From positions 128,679 to 192,678 of the forward strand of contig JBFXGK010000001.1 of NCBI GenBank assembly GCA_050178035.1: a DNA stretch of 64,000 bases, written 5' to 3'. Below are positions 62,072-64,000 of this stretch, piece after piece (position 1 is the stretch's first letter; every line of letters starts with the position of its first letter). The notes beneath the pieces were generated by a model. The model saw nothing but the letters and a program-made list of their open reading frames with translations, had not been told where the DNA came from and did no database searches. Position numbers and translations under genes: made by a program. The DNA comes from Kiritimatiellia bacterium (GTDB lineage: Bacteria; Verrucomicrobiota; Kiritimatiellia; JAKQHR01).

Positions 62072-62248
62072 TTACTTCAGCAGAAGCCCGATCACCACTC
62101 CGATGCTGGTGAAAAGGAGCAGAGCCAGCGGTGTGTGCATGTGCACCTTGCCGACGCCCAGATTGACAGTGGTGCTGCCGCTCGTGAAAATCAGCACAAT
62201 GGCGACCAGCGCGATTATAAGCAGGGCAATGACGGTTCTCTTACTCAT
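62072..62248 (-). CDS. small membrane protein (58 aa, hypothetical)
   Basis: Not in ORF track. Own translation: MSKRTVIALLIIALVAIVLIFTSGSTTVNLGVGKVHMHTPLALLLFTSIGVVIGLLLK; two hydrophobic helices. Confidence 0.4.
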   Translation of the reverse strand: MSKRTVIALLIIALVAIVLIFTSGSTTVNLGVGKVHMHTPLALLLFTSIGVVIGLLLK

Positions 62249-62930
62249 TGTTTCTCTCCGTTTTCTTCACCGGTTGCTGAAGCATGTTCAGTTCCTTCAG
62301 CTGCATGTAAATCCGGCGGCTGATCCAGGCATCCGTGGCGGCGTATGCAATCTGATGCTGCGACAGTTTTCTCCTTGCCCAGTTCGTAAGCTGGGCCCGC
62401 TTGGAAATCCTTTCTCCAAGAAGAACGGCAGCCAGACCCTTGAGGCCCAGATTCTTGATGCCGCCCAGGCGGCCCGCCTCTGAGACATCAAAGAAGCCAG
62501 CCGATTCGAACGGGGCCAGAGCCTTGAGTTCAAGGGCATCACGCCCGGGTGCAACCCCCGCCTTGATCACGGACGGGTTGGACAGAATCTCAACGAGCGG
62601 CTTCGGAAGACCGATAAGATTCAACTGAAATATGCAAACCGTGTTTTCTCCCGCCAACTGCAGAAGTGCGGGCTTGTAGTTGGTGCCTTTGGTGAAGGAT
62701 GGACGGGTTTCGGTGTCAAAGCCCAGAATGGAATCTCCACTGAGCGCGGCGACGGCCGCAGGCACATCTTCCGGAACGCTGACCAGCAACACCGGGCCGT
62801 TATAGGAAGTCAGAGGAAGGACATTGATTTCATGATGAGACATACGATAATCATAACCCGGGCGGCCGACCGGCTTCTCTGCCTGAGGAATGATATCCGG
62901 CGTATCGTTATTCATCTTTGTCTTTGACAA
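62241..62930 (-). CDS. 3'-5' exonuclease domain protein (RNase D / DEDDy-like)
   Basis: 229 aa; exo motifs (LGFDTETRP; YAATDAWISRRIY). Confidence 0.75.
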   Translation of the reverse strand: MSKTKMNNDTPDIIPQAEKPVGRPGYDYRMSHHEINVLPLTSYNGPVLLVSVPEDVPAAVAALSGDSILGFDTETRPSFTKGTNYKPALLQLAGENTVCIFQLNLIGLPKPLVEILSNPSVIKAGVAPGRDALELKALAPFESAGFFDVSEAGRLGGIKNLGLKGLAAVLLGERISKRAQLTNWARRKLSQHQIAYAATDAWISRRIYMQLKELNMLQQPVKKTERNNE

Positions 62931-63945
62931 GCTTGAAACGGCCGCCGGTTGTGCGTGAAAGTTCTTTCATGAAATCAATGGCTCTTTGGCCCTTTTCATT
63001 ATTATACGGTTTGTAGGCAATCGTATTGATTTTCACCTGCCGGCCAAAGCTGGATTCAATGTTGCGTGCGAAATCAAGAATCTCTTTTTGATGTTCCGGC
63101 AATTCCACACCCGACTCAAAGTCGCCCTTTTTCAAATACGGCGGATCATCCGTGAGCACAAACATGGTGTCGCAGCCCATCTCAACGGCAAGTTTAATGG
63201 CATCTCCCGGGGTGCTGCCCGAATAACCCCGCTTGTTGCCCATTCTACGGCCATCAAACTGCTGATTGAGCCATGCGATTCCCGCCAGCCGGTTGGTTTT
63301 GGTCCCGTAGACCATCTGCGGCGAGAACGGCTGGGCGCCATCCACAAACACAATGACATTGAACTTGGTGTTTGGATTGAGAGCTTCAAGCATCTTGAGC
63401 GCTTCGGCCCGGACATCCTCCACAACGCCCTTGGCAACCATACTGGGGCTGATGTCCATCAGGATGCAGACGGCTCGGGTGCGGATGTTCTGACCGAAGA
63501 ACTGCGCATCCGAATAGCCCATGCCTCCGGTCAACCCGCGGCCGGCGCCGCCCCCTTCCCCGCCAAGCCCGCCCAAAGAGGATCCGGCCTTGGAGCGCGA
63601 CATGATGGTGTCGCGCATGTTTTTCATGTCCGGCACTTCCATCTCAGGAAGTTCCGGCAATGCCACCGACGACGGAGTTTTGGAAACCATCCTTTGCAGA
63701 ATCTGCGGCTTGCGCACCTGCTTTTCCATCTGCTTCACGCGGATCGCATGCTCCAGTTTCTTGGCGGGAACGGAAGGCGGCTCCTTGCCCTCGAACATCA
63801 GCTTCTGCCGCCCCTGAATCACCAGCACCGTTACAGACGCCGCGCCGATCAGAAGCAGAATGTGCACGACAATGCTGGCGACAATTCCCTCCAGCTTGAG
63901 GCGTGCCCCCTTGGATACATGATGCGGATGGGCGCCGTTTGTCAC
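62908..63945 (-). CDS. von Willebrand factor A (vWA) domain protein with N-terminal TM anchor
   Basis: 345 aa; TM helix then vWA fold with MIDAS-like DISPSM motif. Confidence 0.75.
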   Translation of the reverse strand: MTNGAHPHHVSKGARLKLEGIVASIVVHILLLIGAASVTVLVIQGRQKLMFEGKEPPSVPAKKLEHAIRVKQMEKQVRKPQILQRMVSKTPSSVALPELPEMEVPDMKNMRDTIMSRSKAGSSLGGLGGEGGGAGRGLTGGMGYSDAQFFGQNIRTRAVCILMDISPSMVAKGVVEDVRAEALKMLEALNPNTKFNVIVFVDGAQPFSPQMVYGTKTNRLAGIAWLNQQFDGRRMGNKRGYSGSTPGDAIKLAVEMGCDTMFVLTDDPPYLKKGDFESGVELPEHQKEILDFARNIESSFGRQVKINTIAYKPYNNEKGQRAIDFMKELSRTTGGRFKLVKDKDE

Positions 63946-64000
63946 ATCTCCTCCACAGCAAAGGTTACATTGTTGATCTTGGCGTCCGCGCAGGCATTGA

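Noticed and set aside
62241-63945. Exonuclease plus vWA protein as a candidate defence module
   Set aside because: No ATPase, nuclease-helicase or other hallmark defence partners; TM-anchored vWA proteins and DEDDy exonucleases are common housekeeping or envelope proteins; adjacency alone is insufficient.

Overview
GC-rich, densely coding chromosomal window from an apparently anaerobic bacterium; the taxon cannot be assigned from sequence alone. I support about 66 protein-coding genes, one IS element, no rRNA/tRNA genes and no CRISPR array. Main blocks: (1) 1-7.7 kb, minus-strand housekeeping array waaA(partial)-xerC/D-gatB-panC-panB-folK-cNMP-binding protein-dapB-dapA; (2) 7.7-9.4 kb, dapA/eno divergent regulatory region carrying palindromes and a phased T-tract array, interrupted by an IS4-family element; (3) eno-ftsB-like; (4) 11.3-22.8 kb, a minus-strand oxidative/nitrosative stress island (thioredoxin, ferritin, desulfoferrodoxin, rubrerythrin, NROR-like reductase, PtsI-like enzyme, rubredoxin, flavodiiron protein, cupin, Cys-rich proteins, Fe-S protein, Hcp, Rrf2 regulator); (5) 23-29.6 kb, secreted beta-helix protein plus an MMPL/LolA-like/outer-membrane module; (6) gnd, then murC-murG-folC-accD-comF-CPBP, rlmB-efp, cls; (7) 44.5-49 kb, thiS-like-iorA-iorB-paaK-ACT; (8) 50-59.5 kb, NCS2-type permease, DUF1116-FdrA-DUF2877, gdhA, MdcA-like protein and a nitrilase-family hydrolase; (9) histidine kinase, exonuclease, vWA protein. 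The two most unusual signals are non-coding: a recurring 7-1-7 palindrome TTCCAAT-N-ATTGGAA arranged in 31-bp-phased arrays upstream of dapA, the hcp operon and iorA, and a family of helically phased T-tract arrays at five intergenic loci. All protein identities come from my reading of conserved motifs in the supplied translations; no database search was run. Start coordinates were adjusted by hand where the ORF track's furthest-upstream start overlapped a neighbouring gene.
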